Assembly (NCBI GenBank): GCA_947066105.1
Contig: CAMSYM010000008.1
Span: 26,695 to 90,694 of the forward strand
Direction of reading: 5' to 3'
DNA length: 64,000 nucleotides
Origin: an uncultured Clostridia bacterium
GTDB taxonomy: Bacteria; Bacillota; Clostridia; Christensenellales; Pumilibacteraceae
This document shows positions 8,341 to 17,935 of this stretch, one piece after another. A model generated the notes under the pieces. It had not been told where the DNA came from, did not search any database, and saw only the letters and a list, made by a program, of their open reading frames with translations. Within the stretch, counting starts at the first letter, position 1. Each line of letters opens with the position of its first letter. The translations under genes and the position numbers were made by a program.

Positions 8341-10095
8341 ATGTTTAAACTGTTAGGCAAATATTTAAAACCGCGCGATTGGTTGTTTATAGTATTGTGC
8401 GCGGGATTCGTGGTAGCGCAGGTGTACTGCGATCTGGCAATGCCCGAATATACGGCAAGGCTGACGGAAGAAGTCGGCGCGGGCGCGGCGACCATGCGGA
8501 GCGTATGGAAAAACGGCGGATTCATGCTGCTGTACGCATTCGGGAGCATGGCGTGTTCGATTATATGCGGATACTTTGCGGCGCACACTGCGGCGGATTT
8601 TGCGCGGACGTTGCGCAAAGCTATGTTCGACAGGGTGACGTCGTTCTCGGCGGCGGAAATAAACAAGTTCGGTACGCCGGGGCTTATCACGCGCACGACC
8701 AACGACGTTGTGCAAATGCAGACGTTTGTCGCGATAGGGTTACAACTTATGATCAAAGCGCCGGTACTCGCCGTGTGGGCGATATGCAAAGTGTCGGAGG
8801 CGGCGGTCGAGTGGACGATAGCGACGGCTATAATCGTAGCCGTTATTGTGGTCGTTGTGGGAGTATTGATAGCGGTCTGTTATCCTAAGTTCAAGCAGAT
8901 ACAAAAACTGACCGACGGATTGAACACGGCGACGCGCGAGAATATAACGGGCGTGCGCGTGGTTCGCGCGTTCAATGCCGAAAGCTATCAAACCGAAAAG
9001 TTCGAGAATGTCAACGAAAAAGTCAAAAGCAACCAGTTATTCACCGCTCGGGCGTTGGGGCTTATGATGCCCGTTATGCAACTATGTATGAACGGCTTGA
9101 CGCTCGCGGTATATTGGATAGGCGCTATATTAATGAATAACGAGGCGAGCGTACCCGCACGCGTCGAGCTTTTGGGTAATATGATGGTGTTCACGCAGTA
9201 CGCATTGCAGGTGGTAATGGCGTTTATGCTGTTGATCATGATCTTCATGATACTGCCGCGCTGTTTGGTATCGGGCAAGCGCATAGCGGAAGTATTAGGC
9301 ACTCGACGGTCGGTGCGCAGCGGCGAAGTGAAACAGACCGAGCAAACGGCGGATACGCCCGTCGTCGAGTTTAAAAACGTCTGTTTCGCATACGATCACG
9401 GCGACGAAAAAACATTGACCGATATTTCGTTCGCGATAAGGCGCGGAGAAACATTGGCGTTTATCGGCGCGACCGGCAGCGGCAAGACTACGGTCATTAA
9501 TCTGATAGAACGGTTTTACGACGTCGACAGCGGAGAAGTGCTGTTTAACGGCGTTAACGTCAAGGATTACGACGAAGAGATATTGCGCGGCAAAATAGCG
9601 TATGCGTCGCAACGCGCGGTGCTGTTCAAGGGCGACGTAAAAGGCAACGTCACGTACGGATCGGACGCCGTCGACGAACAACGATTGCAGACCGCGCTCG
9701 AAACGGCGTGCGCGGCGGAGTTCGTGAACGGCTTGGACGACGGAGTCGATTCGGCGGTGGCGCAGGACGGCACTAACTTTTCGGGCGGGCAAAAGCAAAG
9801 ACTTTCCATAGCGCGCGCGGTGTATAAAGGCGGCGAGCTTATGATATTCGACGATACTTTTTCTGCGCTCGACTACAAAACGGATATGCTCGTGCGCAGA
9901 AACGTCAACGCCGTCAAGGGCGACGCGGCGGTGATAATAGTCGCGCAACGCATAGGCACGATAATGAACGCCGACAAAATAATCGTACTCGACGACGGCA
10001 GGATAGCGGGTGCGGGTACGCATAAGCAGTTGCTCGATTCATGTGCGGTCTACAAAGAGATCGCGCTCTCGCAGCTCGACAAGGAGGAATTGTGA
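8341..10095 (+). CDS. Heterodimeric ABC exporter subunit (permease + ATPase), non-canonical Walker B
   Basis: 6-TM domain, GATGSGKT, FSGGQKQR, Walker B IFDD. Confidence 0.9.
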   Translation: MFKLLGKYLKPRDWLFIVLCAGFVVAQVYCDLAMPEYTARLTEEVGAGAATMRSVWKNGGFMLLYAFGSMACSIICGYFAAHTAADFARTLRKAMFDRVTSFSAAEINKFGTPGLITRTTNDVVQMQTFVAIGLQLMIKAPVLAVWAICKVSEAAVEWTIATAIIVAVIVVVVGVLIAVCYPKFKQIQKLTDGLNTATRENITGVRVVRAFNAESYQTEKFENVNEKVKSNQLFTARALGLMMPVMQLCMNGLTLAVYWIGAILMNNEASVPARVELLGNMMVFTQYALQVVMAFMLLIMIFMILPRCLVSGKRIAEVLGTRRSVRSGEVKQTEQTADTPVVEFKNVCFAYDHGDEKTLTDISFAIRRGETLAFIGATGSGKTTVINLIERFYDVDSGEVLFNGVNVKDYDEEILRGKIAYASQRAVLFKGDVKGNVTYGSDAVDEQRLQTALETACAAEFVNGLDDGVDSAVAQDGTNFSGGQKQRLSIARAVYKGGELMIFDDTFSALDYKTDMLVRRNVNAVKGDAAVIIVAQRIGTIMNADKIIVLDDGRIAGAGTHKQLLDSCAVYKEIALSQLDKEEL

Positions 10096-10096
10096 T

Positions 10097-11899
10097 ATGC
10101 CGCCTATGATGGGAAAACCTGCCGCGAAAAGCGGAAAAAAGGAAAAGACCGATCTTAAAGCGTTCGGCAGACTGCTTGCGTATTGCAAGGGATATTTGCC
10201 CGCGATAATAATTTCGATATTGCTCGCAGTCGGCGGCGCGATATGCACGATAATCGGTCCCGACCGAATCAAAATCTTGATGGACGAAATACAGTCGGGA
10301 CTTTTTACGACTATCGACATGAAAACGATCGTTGCGACGTGCATAATGCTTGCGGCGATCTACGGCGGCGGCGCGTTGTTATCGTACGGTCAACAATTTA
10401 TAATGGCTACCGTAACGCAACGCGCGTCCAAAAGCTTGCGTTCGGATATAAACTCCAAAATAAACAAGCTTCCGCTCAACTACTTCGATACGACGTCGAC
10501 GGGCGACGTGCTCAGCCGCATGACCAACGACGTGGATACCATTTCGCAAACGTTGAGTCAAAGCACGGCTAACTTGGTGTCGTCGCTCGTACTGTTTGTC
10601 GGCGTTTTGATCATGATGTTCAAGGTGAACGCGGTGCTTGCGGTGACGACGATAGGCTCGTCGCTGTTGGGATTTGTCGGAATGGCGGTCATACTCAAAC
10701 TGTCGCAAAAGCACTTCGACATCCAGCAGGAACAGCTCGGCGAAATGAACGGGCAGATAGAAGAAGTATTTACGCAGCACCATGTTGTCAAGGCATATAA
10801 CGGCAAACACGCCGAGCGGCGGCGGTTCGACGCCGTAAACGGCAAGCTTTACGACAGCAACCGCAAGTCGCAATTTCTATCGGGCGCGATGCAGCCGATA
10901 ATGATGTTTGTCGGCAACCTGTCGTACGTGCTTATCTTCGTGGTCGGCGTTGCGTTTATAGTGGGCGGCAACGATACGGTCACTATCGGCACGCTGTCGG
11001 CGTTTGTCATATACTCGCGGCTGTTCTCGCAACCGCTCGGCACTATCGCGCAAGCAATGACGTCCATACAGCAGGCGTCGGCGGCGAGCCGCAGGGTGTT
11101 CGACATGCTCGACGGCGAAGAAATGTCAGACGAAACAGGCAAGACCGCCAAGCTCGACGCCCCGAAGGGCGACGTTACGTTCGAGGATATTCGGTTCGGA
11201 TACTTGCCCGATAAAGAGATAATCCACGGGTTTTCGGCGGTGCTGAAAAGCGGGCAAAAGGTCGCGATAGTCGGACCGACGGGCGCGGGCAAGACCACGA
11301 TAGTCAATCTCTTGATGCGGTTCTACGAGCTTAACGGCGGCGACATCAAGATCGACGGCGTGTCCGTAAAAGACATGACGCGTGAGAGCGTGCACGATCT
11401 GTTCGATATGATATTGCAAAACACGTGGTTGTTCGACGGCACTATTCGCGAAAACCTCGTGTATAACAAGACGGGCGTGACAGACGAAAGGCTCGACGAG
11501 GTTTGCGCGGCGGTCGGACTGACGCACTATATAAAATGCTTGCCCGACGGCTACGACACGGTCATAGGCGAATGCTCGCAGCTTTCCGAAGGGCAAAAGC
11601 AACAGCTGACGATCGCCCGCGCCATGATTAAGGACGCGCCGTTATTGATACTCGACGAAGCGACCAGCAACGTCGATACGCGCACCGAGCTTGCCATACA
11701 AAAGGCGATGGACGAGCTGACAAAAGACAGAACGTCGTTCGTTATTGCGCACAGACTGTCGACGATAAAGAATGCCGACGTGATCCTCGTGCTCAAAGAC
11801 GGCGACATAATAGAGCAGGGCAGTCATAAGGATCTTCTCAAAAAGAAAGGGTTTTACGCCGAGCTGTACAATGCGCAGTTCGCGGGCGCGGCGGAATAG
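10097..11899 (+). CDS. Heterodimeric ABC exporter subunit (permease + ATPase)
   Basis: GPTGAGKT, degenerate signature LSEGQ, LILDEATS. GGAGG RBS before ATG 10097. Confidence 0.9.
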   Translation: MPPMMGKPAAKSGKKEKTDLKAFGRLLAYCKGYLPAIIISILLAVGGAICTIIGPDRIKILMDEIQSGLFTTIDMKTIVATCIMLAAIYGGGALLSYGQQFIMATVTQRASKSLRSDINSKINKLPLNYFDTTSTGDVLSRMTNDVDTISQTLSQSTANLVSSLVLFVGVLIMMFKVNAVLAVTTIGSSLLGFVGMAVILKLSQKHFDIQQEQLGEMNGQIEEVFTQHHVVKAYNGKHAERRRFDAVNGKLYDSNRKSQFLSGAMQPIMMFVGNLSYVLIFVVGVAFIVGGNDTVTIGTLSAFVIYSRLFSQPLGTIAQAMTSIQQASAASRRVFDMLDGEEMSDETGKTAKLDAPKGDVTFEDIRFGYLPDKEIIHGFSAVLKSGQKVAIVGPTGAGKTTIVNLLMRFYELNGGDIKIDGVSVKDMTRESVHDLFDMILQNTWLFDGTIRENLVYNKTGVTDERLDEVCAAVGLTHYIKCLPDGYDTVIGECSQLSEGQKQQLTIARAMIKDAPLLILDEATSNVDTRTELAIQKAMDELTKDRTSFVIAHRLSTIKNADVILVLKDGDIIEQGSHKDLLKKKGFYAELYNAQFAGAAE

Positions 11900-12050
11900 A
11901 AAACCATTGAATTTTTTTCGGAGCACACAAGAGCCGTTCGCGCAAAACGCACGAACGGCTTTTGCGGAGCAAAGCAATGGCGCGGGCGGCAGACGGCCGC
12001 AGTCGTTTATGCAGATTGTCATATCGTTTTCGATATCGCTTGTCAAACTG

Positions 12051-12079
12051 TTGACATGTCGTGCTATCGGGTGTATAAT
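12051..12079 (+). promoter_or_regulatory. sigmaA promoter of the queuine salvage operon
   Basis: TTGACA, 17 bp spacer, TATAAT. Confidence 0.85.
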
Positions 12080-12097
12080 TAAAGCAATCGAATATTC

Positions 12098-12152
12098 GGG
12101 CAGTTCGTAACCATCCTGCCTTGTGGTATTTCTCACTAAATCAAAACTACGG
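12098..12152 (+). ncRNA. preQ1-I riboswitch aptamer
   Basis: P1 GGCAG/CTGCC encloses the loop TTCGTAACCATC, with an A-rich tail AAAACTA. It sits directly upstream of a YhhQ-type transporter operon. Confidence 0.8.
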
Positions 12153-12171
12153 AGGTATAGCGTTTTTACGC

Positions 12172-12210
12172 ATGTGTTTTGTATGGTTGCAGAACACATT
12201 TTTTGTTTTT
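12172..12210 (+). terminator. Leader terminator (riboswitch expression platform)
   Basis: ATGTGTTTTG / CAGAACACAT stem (one G-U pair) followed by TTTTTTGTTTTT, upstream of the probable CDS start. Confidence 0.65.
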
Positions 12211-12906
12211 ATGGTAAGATATTCGGTGATCAGGGATAAGCTCAAGCGCGAGATCGTGCTGTTGCGCGGACGCGGTTGCGCTTATAAAAAGTGTACGTTT
12301 TGCGATTATCATCTCGACCGCGATCCGTCCGACGAAAAAAACTACGCGCTCAACCGCGAAGTTTTGGCGCAAGTTACCGGCGAGTACGGCGAAATAGAAA
12401 TAATCAACAGCGGTTCGGTGTTCGAGCTCGACGGTAAAACGCGAGCTTACATAAAAGAGCTGTGCCGCGAAAAGGGTATATCCGTCATACATTTCGAGTT
12501 GCATTTTATGTATGCCGACAAGATCCCCGAGTTGCGGAAAGAGTTTGACGGGTTCACGCTCAAAACGAAGCTCGGGCTCGAAACGTTCGACTATGTGTTG
12601 CGCGAACGCATTTTACATAAAGGCATACCCGAGCGCGATCCCGAGCGCATAGCGCGGGGCTTTGACGAGGCGAATTTCCTGTTCGGTATTACGGGACAAA
12701 ATACGTCGTCGATGCTTTCGGACATCGAACTCGGATTAAAGCATTTCGAGCGCATTTGCGTAAATATCATGTGCGAAAACAGCACGGATGTAAAGCCCGA
12801 TAAAGCCGTTATCGAAATGTTTATGCGCGACGTGTATCCGCGGTACATAGATAACGAACGCGTGGATATTCTTGTCAACAATACCGATTTCGGGGTGGGC
12901 GCATGA
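12211..12906 (+). CDS. Short radical SAM enzyme, probable queuine lyase (QueL-like)
   Basis: CX4CX2C motif GCAYKKCTFCDY, preQ1 riboswitch upstream, stop overlaps the transporter start. Start codon uncertain (12172 or 12211). Confidence 0.65.
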   Translation: MVRYSVIRDKLKREIVLLRGRGCAYKKCTFCDYHLDRDPSDEKNYALNREVLAQVTGEYGEIEIINSGSVFELDGKTRAYIKELCREKGISVIHFELHFMYADKIPELRKEFDGFTLKTKLGLETFDYVLRERILHKGIPERDPERIARGFDEANFLFGITGQNTSSMLSDIELGLKHFERICVNIMCENSTDVKPDKAVIEMFMRDVYPRYIDNERVDILVNNTDFGVGA

Positions 12907-13625
12907 ACGAGCTGTTGTTATTGTTATCGGTCGTGCTCATATTCGGCGCGACGTTGCTCGCATATATGTTTTTCGGACGGTCGGGGCTGTATTGCATGAG
13001 CGCCATCGCTACCATCGTGGCGAACATCGAGGTATTGATACTCGTCAAGGCGTTCGGCATGGAGCAGACTCTCGGCAACGTCTTGTTTGCGGCGACCTTT
13101 CTCGCGACGGATATCCTGTCCGAGTGCGAGGGCAAACGTGCGGCTAATAAGGCGGTGTATATCGGTATATTCGCGTCGCTGTTCTTTTTGGCGCTTTCGC
13201 AAAGCTGGATGCTGTTTGTACCGAGCGACGGCGATTGGGTCATGGATTCCATAACGACGGTATTTTCCAATACGCCGCGGCTTATAACGGCGTCGCTCGC
13301 AGTATATGCGGTCAGTCAGTTCTTCGACGTGTGGCTGTACCATAAATGGTGGAACTTTACCGAAAAGAAGTTCGGGAACAAGCGCAAATTTTTATGGCTC
13401 AGAAACAACGGGTCTACGCTCGTAAGTCAGTTGATAAACTCGTTTTTATTTACGATCCTCGCGTTTGCGGGGACATACGATTTTCCCACGCTGATGTCAA
13501 TATTCGCGTCGGGTTACGTGATATTTATATTTACGACGCTGTTGGATACGCCCGCGGTATACTTCGCGCGGATGATAGGCGATCGCCGCAAAAAGCGTCT
13601 TAACGTGTTGATCGACGCCGAATAA
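12903..13625 (+). CDS. Queuosine precursor transporter (YhhQ/VUT family)
   Basis: Multi-TM protein with GNVLFAATFLATDILSE, ASLAVYAVSQFFDV and WLRNNGSTLVSQLI motifs. Confidence 0.9.
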   Translation: MNELLLLLSVVLIFGATLLAYMFFGRSGLYCMSAIATIVANIEVLILVKAFGMEQTLGNVLFAATFLATDILSECEGKRAANKAVYIGIFASLFFLALSQSWMLFVPSDGDWVMDSITTVFSNTPRLITASLAVYAVSQFFDVWLYHKWWNFTEKKFGNKRKFLWLRNNGSTLVSQLINSFLFTILAFAGTYDFPTLMSIFASGYVIFIFTTLLDTPAVYFARMIGDRRKKRLNVLIDAE

Positions 13626-13836
13626 GCGTTTGCGCCGTCGTTTGCGCAAAAAATTCCTATATTCAACATATGATTTTCACGTTGTTATCAATTGGATATT
13701 TTATAATGAATGCGTAAAGAGTTACTCTTTGCAATCTTTTTCTTCCTTTGATAAAGCGTCGTATCGATCCCCCCTCGGTGCGGCGCTTTATCATTGCCGT
13801 ACAAAAAACAACGTCGCTGTGCGCGAAGTCGAAAAA

Positions 13837-14763
13837 CTATAATATGTCGTCTATGCCGTCGCCGTGCTCGGCGGCGTTTTGCGCAATGCGGCGTTGCGCT
13901 TCGGCGTAATACCGTTCGTATGCGGACAGGCAGTAATTGTCGTGTTTGCCGTTTGCCGAATCGTCGTCGGGCGGATCGAACGAATATTTCCCGTTGACCT
14001 TCCAGCTTTTGAAGAAGCCGATGTCTATCGCGTTTTTGGGGCAATTGAAAGCGCAACGCATACACATCATGCAGTTGCCGCCGAACGCGACCTTGCCGTC
14101 GGGCTTTATCTTGATGTTGTCGGCGGGGCAGGCTTTGACGCAAAGCCCGCACTTGACGCAGTCCTTATTGGCGCGGAAAAACTTGCCGTTGAACTTTGCG
14201 CCGGGGTGCTCGATACGCAGTACCCAAGCGAGAAAGCCGCCGAGAATGACGTTTTTCGGCAGGTGCGGCGCGCCGCGCAGAATTTCGTCGGCGTCGACGG
14301 GCACGAGCGATTTTGCGGTCTGCCACATTTTGTACGCCGCTTTGTCGCTGTGCCTGAATATGATGTTGTACGGCATTACGTATTGATATTCGCCCGTCAC
14401 GGTGTAGCCGCGCTTTTTAAGGATCTTGCGCATTTTCAGCGACGATACGTCGCTCATGCGCACAGGCTCGCCCGAAGTTTTATAAATGAACACGCGTTTG
14501 CTTTCGCCGCGCGCGGCGTTAAGCTTGGGCAAGGCTTTGCACGTTTTCAAAATTATCTTGGGCGCGTTGAACGCATGTATGGGATAGCCTATGCCTATCA
14601 TGTCGCAGTCTTGCGCCGTCGCGGCGTTAAGTAGGTCTGCGGGTGGGGCTGGAAGTTCGACGACCGCGGTTTCGTGATCGGCGTTTTCAAACGCGTCGCG
14701 GTACAGCTCGGTTATCATTTTCGTATTGCCCGTACCCGAAAAATATATCAACAGAATTTTCAT
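13837..14763 (-). CDS. EFR1-type flavodoxin/ferredoxin fusion
   Basis: YFSGTGNT flavodoxin loop plus two 4Fe-4S motifs, CVKCGLCVKACP and CMMCMRCAFNCP. Confidence 0.85.
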   Translation of the reverse strand: MKILLIYFSGTGNTKMITELYRDAFENADHETAVVELPAPPADLLNAATAQDCDMIGIGYPIHAFNAPKIILKTCKALPKLNAARGESKRVFIYKTSGEPVRMSDVSSLKMRKILKKRGYTVTGEYQYVMPYNIIFRHSDKAAYKMWQTAKSLVPVDADEILRGAPHLPKNVILGGFLAWVLRIEHPGAKFNGKFFRANKDCVKCGLCVKACPADNIKIKPDGKVAFGGNCMMCMRCAFNCPKNAIDIGFFKSWKVNGKYSFDPPDDDSANGKHDNYCLSAYERYYAEAQRRIAQNAAEHGDGIDDIL

Positions 14764-16289
14764 AAAGCCTGCTCCGCGTCGATCTTTCGAATATGCGCGT
14801 CAAACCGTTCGTCGAGCGAATACACGTAATTTTCGTCCTTTGCGTGAGTGTCGTACCATACCGACGCATAAATCTTGTCCTTTTTGCTGAGTCTGTCGTA
14901 ATCCCAAACGAAATCGTCGTACAGCGGATTATGCCAATGTCCCGCGCGCAATACGGTGTATGCGCGCGCCGTAAACTTATCGCCGTCCTGCGTGCGCCAT
15001 TCGAGCGGTTCATACATATCTCCGTCGAACGTCGACAACAGTTCGCCGCCGTGCGCCGCCGCGACCGATTCGAGATCGGCTTGCGTAAGCTCGGCGTCGG
15101 GCTTGCCGAAGTCGAAGCCTCGCTCGACGGGTACGGCGTTGTCCGACATTTCGTAGATGTCGTCGGGGTCGGGGAGCGCGATATCTTTCCAGGACGACGC
15201 TTTGAGCTTGTCGTAATTTTCGCGACTGCCGAAGTACGCCGTCACGCGCGCGTCGTCGTTGTGATCCGCCCAGTAGACGGGCGCGTTATCGTTTTTCAAA
15301 AGACGTTTGAACAGTATGTTGCGTATAAGTCCTTTGGGTACTATCCGCGCGAGCTTGAATATCGGGTGAGCTTTTTCGATCTCGTTCCAGTAGTCTTCGG
15401 GCGTCTGCGATACGTAGTCGAACATGGAGTTAAGCTCGTCGTCGAGAAACCAACCGCCGTGAAAATTGCGCGTCGCGCTGTAATGCGGGCGGAAGTAGTC
15501 GCGCACCGTGCCGCCTATTATCCTAAAACCGCGGTCGAACGTTTGATAACCGTATTGCCTGTTCGCCTTGCCGCCGACTATATCGAAACAACGATTCCAA
15601 AACCGTCGGGGTATAGTGTCGGTAGCAAACCTTTGCAGTATGCGCGCTATCAATACGCCGCTGTCGTGCGCGGTCGTCCATTCGAGCGGCGCGTCGAACG
15701 TGGTATGGTACATCAACGGATCGCTTATATTGCCAGAAAGCATATGCGGGTGCAACATCGCGGATTGGCGCAGGATAGCCCATTTTTTTACGGAGCTTTC
15801 CAGAATGCGGAACTCGCTTCGGATCTTGGTCGCCGAATATACGTCGAACGGACTGCCCAAAAGCGGATCGCCGACGCGCACGAACGGATGTCCGCCCGAA
15901 CGGTTGCCGTACACCGCGACCGTGGATATGTGAACGAGCGCGGGCGCGCGGTCGGTCGCTTTTTCTATTTCGGACACCAGCAGATCGACGCCCGTTTGAT
16001 TGCATGCTATCGCCGCTTCGGGGCGGTGGTCGGAGCGGGGCGGGATCACAGCCGCCATATTGACTACTATGTCGACGTCCTTTACGAGCCGCGCGATCGC
16101 TTGTTGCGTCATGCCGCCGTCGATTATCTCTATTTTGCGGCGCAAAGCTTTGTGTTTTTTCAAAAGCTTTTTCATGCGTTTTTTATTGTTGCACAAAAGC
16201 TTGATCTTGTCTATTTCGGGGACGTTTTCGAGCGCGGCGAGCACCGCTTGTCCCATGTTGCCGGTAATGCCTGTTATAGCGGCTGTCAT
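14760..16289 (-). CDS. NAD-dependent epimerase/dehydratase (extended SDR) with C-terminal extension
   Basis: ITGITGNMG, NMAAVIPP, HISTVAVYG and YSATK motifs. Confidence 0.85.
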   Translation of the reverse strand: MTAAITGITGNMGQAVLAALENVPEIDKIKLLCNNKKRMKKLLKKHKALRRKIEIIDGGMTQQAIARLVKDVDIVVNMAAVIPPRSDHRPEAAIACNQTGVDLLVSEIEKATDRAPALVHISTVAVYGNRSGGHPFVRVGDPLLGSPFDVYSATKIRSEFRILESSVKKWAILRQSAMLHPHMLSGNISDPLMYHTTFDAPLEWTTAHDSGVLIARILQRFATDTIPRRFWNRCFDIVGGKANRQYGYQTFDRGFRIIGGTVRDYFRPHYSATRNFHGGWFLDDELNSMFDYVSQTPEDYWNEIEKAHPIFKLARIVPKGLIRNILFKRLLKNDNAPVYWADHNDDARVTAYFGSRENYDKLKASSWKDIALPDPDDIYEMSDNAVPVERGFDFGKPDAELTQADLESVAAAHGGELLSTFDGDMYEPLEWRTQDGDKFTARAYTVLRAGHWHNPLYDDFVWDYDRLSKKDKIYASVWYDTHAKDENYVYSLDERFDAHIRKIDAEQAL

Positions 16290-17911
16290 TGGTTTCTCCT
16301 TGTATCGATAAGCGGTCGCACGACCGTTTCGTCGAGTTTGAATTCGTCGAGCCTTTCGCGCAGTTCGGCGGGCGACACGTTTTCGGCGCGTATGGTAAGT
16401 TTGTCCGATGCGCGCATAAAAGTTTCACCGTCGGGCACTATGTCAGTGCCGTCGGCGCGGACCAAGCCCGTAACGAGCCAATTATACGGCCAAAGCACGT
16501 CGCGAATGCGCTTGCCGCACAGCGTCGAGCTTTCCGCGACGATGCAGACGGCGGTGATATCCGCGGCGTCCGACGGACGCGGCGCGCGGGAGTGCAGGTC
16601 TTCCATCATGCGCTCGTACAGCGGCGCGGAGCGCGTGACGGCGCATGCCGCGGTCGCGACGGCTACCGCTATCGCGCACGGCAAGACGTTTGCAAAGCTT
16701 GCCGTCAGTTCGAGCGTCATGACGATCGCGCTTATGGGCGCGCGTACCGTTGCCGCGAAAAACGCCGCGATACACAACAATATTATATTGCCGGAGTATG
16801 CGCTCGGCAGTCCGCACGCGATGCATGCTTTGGCAATCAACGTGCCGATGAGTCCGCCTATGGCTATCATAGGCAAAAACAATCCGCCCGTCGCGCCGCT
16901 GCCGCTTGCCGTGACCGTGAGTACGAATCGCGTCGCCAGTAATGCTAACAATAGCCATGCGCCCGACGATACCGAAACGGACGCGAGCGAGCTTTCGCCG
17001 CTGCCCGCGGATATGGAAAACGTCAGTCCGCATACCGCCGTCAGAACGAACGCTGGCATGAGCCTGAGCGCGGGCGATTTGATCTTGCCGAACAGCTTGC
17101 CCAGCGCGAAAACCGATCTGTTGAACGCGGCGGCGAGCGCGGCACACGCTATGCCGCAAAGCGCGGCGACGCCGCATACCGAAAACAGTATCCCCGCGCC
17201 GTCGTATTGGGTTTGGATAAGGTGCGGAAGTACGGTGAACCCTTCGCGAATGCCGAGCGCATACAGGTATGCGTTATGTCCCAAGCCCCAAAATATAAGC
17301 TGTGCGACGAGTACCGCAGGCACTGCCGCTGAAAACGCCGCAAGCAATATTCCGGGAGAAAAACGTCGGTGCGTTTCTTCGAGTGCGAGCGTTACGCCGG
17401 TGAGCGGCGCGTTGAACGCGACTGCAAGCCCCGCGCTCGCCCCGCCGGTTATGAGATACCGTCTCAGTTCGTCCGATTGTTTCGTCGCTTTGCCCACGCC
17501 GTCGCCGATAAGTCCGCCTACGCCTATGGACGGACCTTCGCTTCCGAGCGGCATGCCGCAGGCAAACGACAGCAAGCTTCCTGCGATGAGCGCGGCGGCG
17601 GTGCGCAACCATTTGACGCGCAACATGCCGCGAGCGCAACCTTCGGCGAGCGGGATGCCGCTGCCTTTACAGGACGGACACAGCGTTTGCAATACGGAGG
17701 TAAGCAAGCACGCGGTCAAAACGAGAAACGCTACGCATGCTATCGTTACAGCGCCGTCGATCTCCGCTTGCGCGTATAACGAAAACGCGAACGCGCATAC
17801 GACCTTCGCGCTCGTCAGGAACAGCGCTATTGCGCCGCCGCTTATAATGCCGACGATACAGCCGTACATTAGCGGCTTGATAACGCGGTATATTTTCCTT
17901 CCTGTCGTCAA
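16286..17911 (-). CDS. ClC-family chloride/proton antiporter with C-terminal TrkA-C domain
   Basis: GSGIP, GSEGP, AFNAPL and GGLFLP signatures. The C-terminus GKRIRDVLWP...VPDGETFM resembles RCK_C. Confidence 0.85.
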   Translation of the reverse strand: MTTGRKIYRVIKPLMYGCIVGIISGGAIALFLTSAKVVCAFAFSLYAQAEIDGAVTIACVAFLVLTACLLTSVLQTLCPSCKGSGIPLAEGCARGMLRVKWLRTAAALIAGSLLSFACGMPLGSEGPSIGVGGLIGDGVGKATKQSDELRRYLITGGASAGLAVAFNAPLTGVTLALEETHRRFSPGILLAAFSAAVPAVLVAQLIFWGLGHNAYLYALGIREGFTVLPHLIQTQYDGAGILFSVCGVAALCGIACAALAAAFNRSVFALGKLFGKIKSPALRLMPAFVLTAVCGLTFSISAGSGESSLASVSVSSGAWLLLALLATRFVLTVTASGSGATGGLFLPMIAIGGLIGTLIAKACIACGLPSAYSGNIILLCIAAFFAATVRAPISAIVMTLELTASFANVLPCAIAVAVATAACAVTRSAPLYERMMEDLHSRAPRPSDAADITAVCIVAESSTLCGKRIRDVLWPYNWLVTGLVRADGTDIVPDGETFMRASDKLTIRAENVSPAELRERLDEFKLDETVVRPLIDTRRNQ

Positions 17912-17935
17912 TTCGGGTACTTCCGTATTATTGCG

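Noticed and set aside
8341-11899. Degenerate ATPase motifs (FDD, LSEGQ) as signs of pseudogenisation
   Set aside because: One degenerate nucleotide-binding site is normal for heterodimeric TM287/288-type exporters
12041-12056. TGTCAA-N4-TTGACA palindrome as a repressor site
   Set aside because: One half is simply the -35 box, there is no second copy, and no cognate regulator is nearby
16286-17911. Fluoride-specific CLC-F exporter
   Set aside because: It has the canonical chloride GSGIP motif, and no fluoride riboswitch was seen
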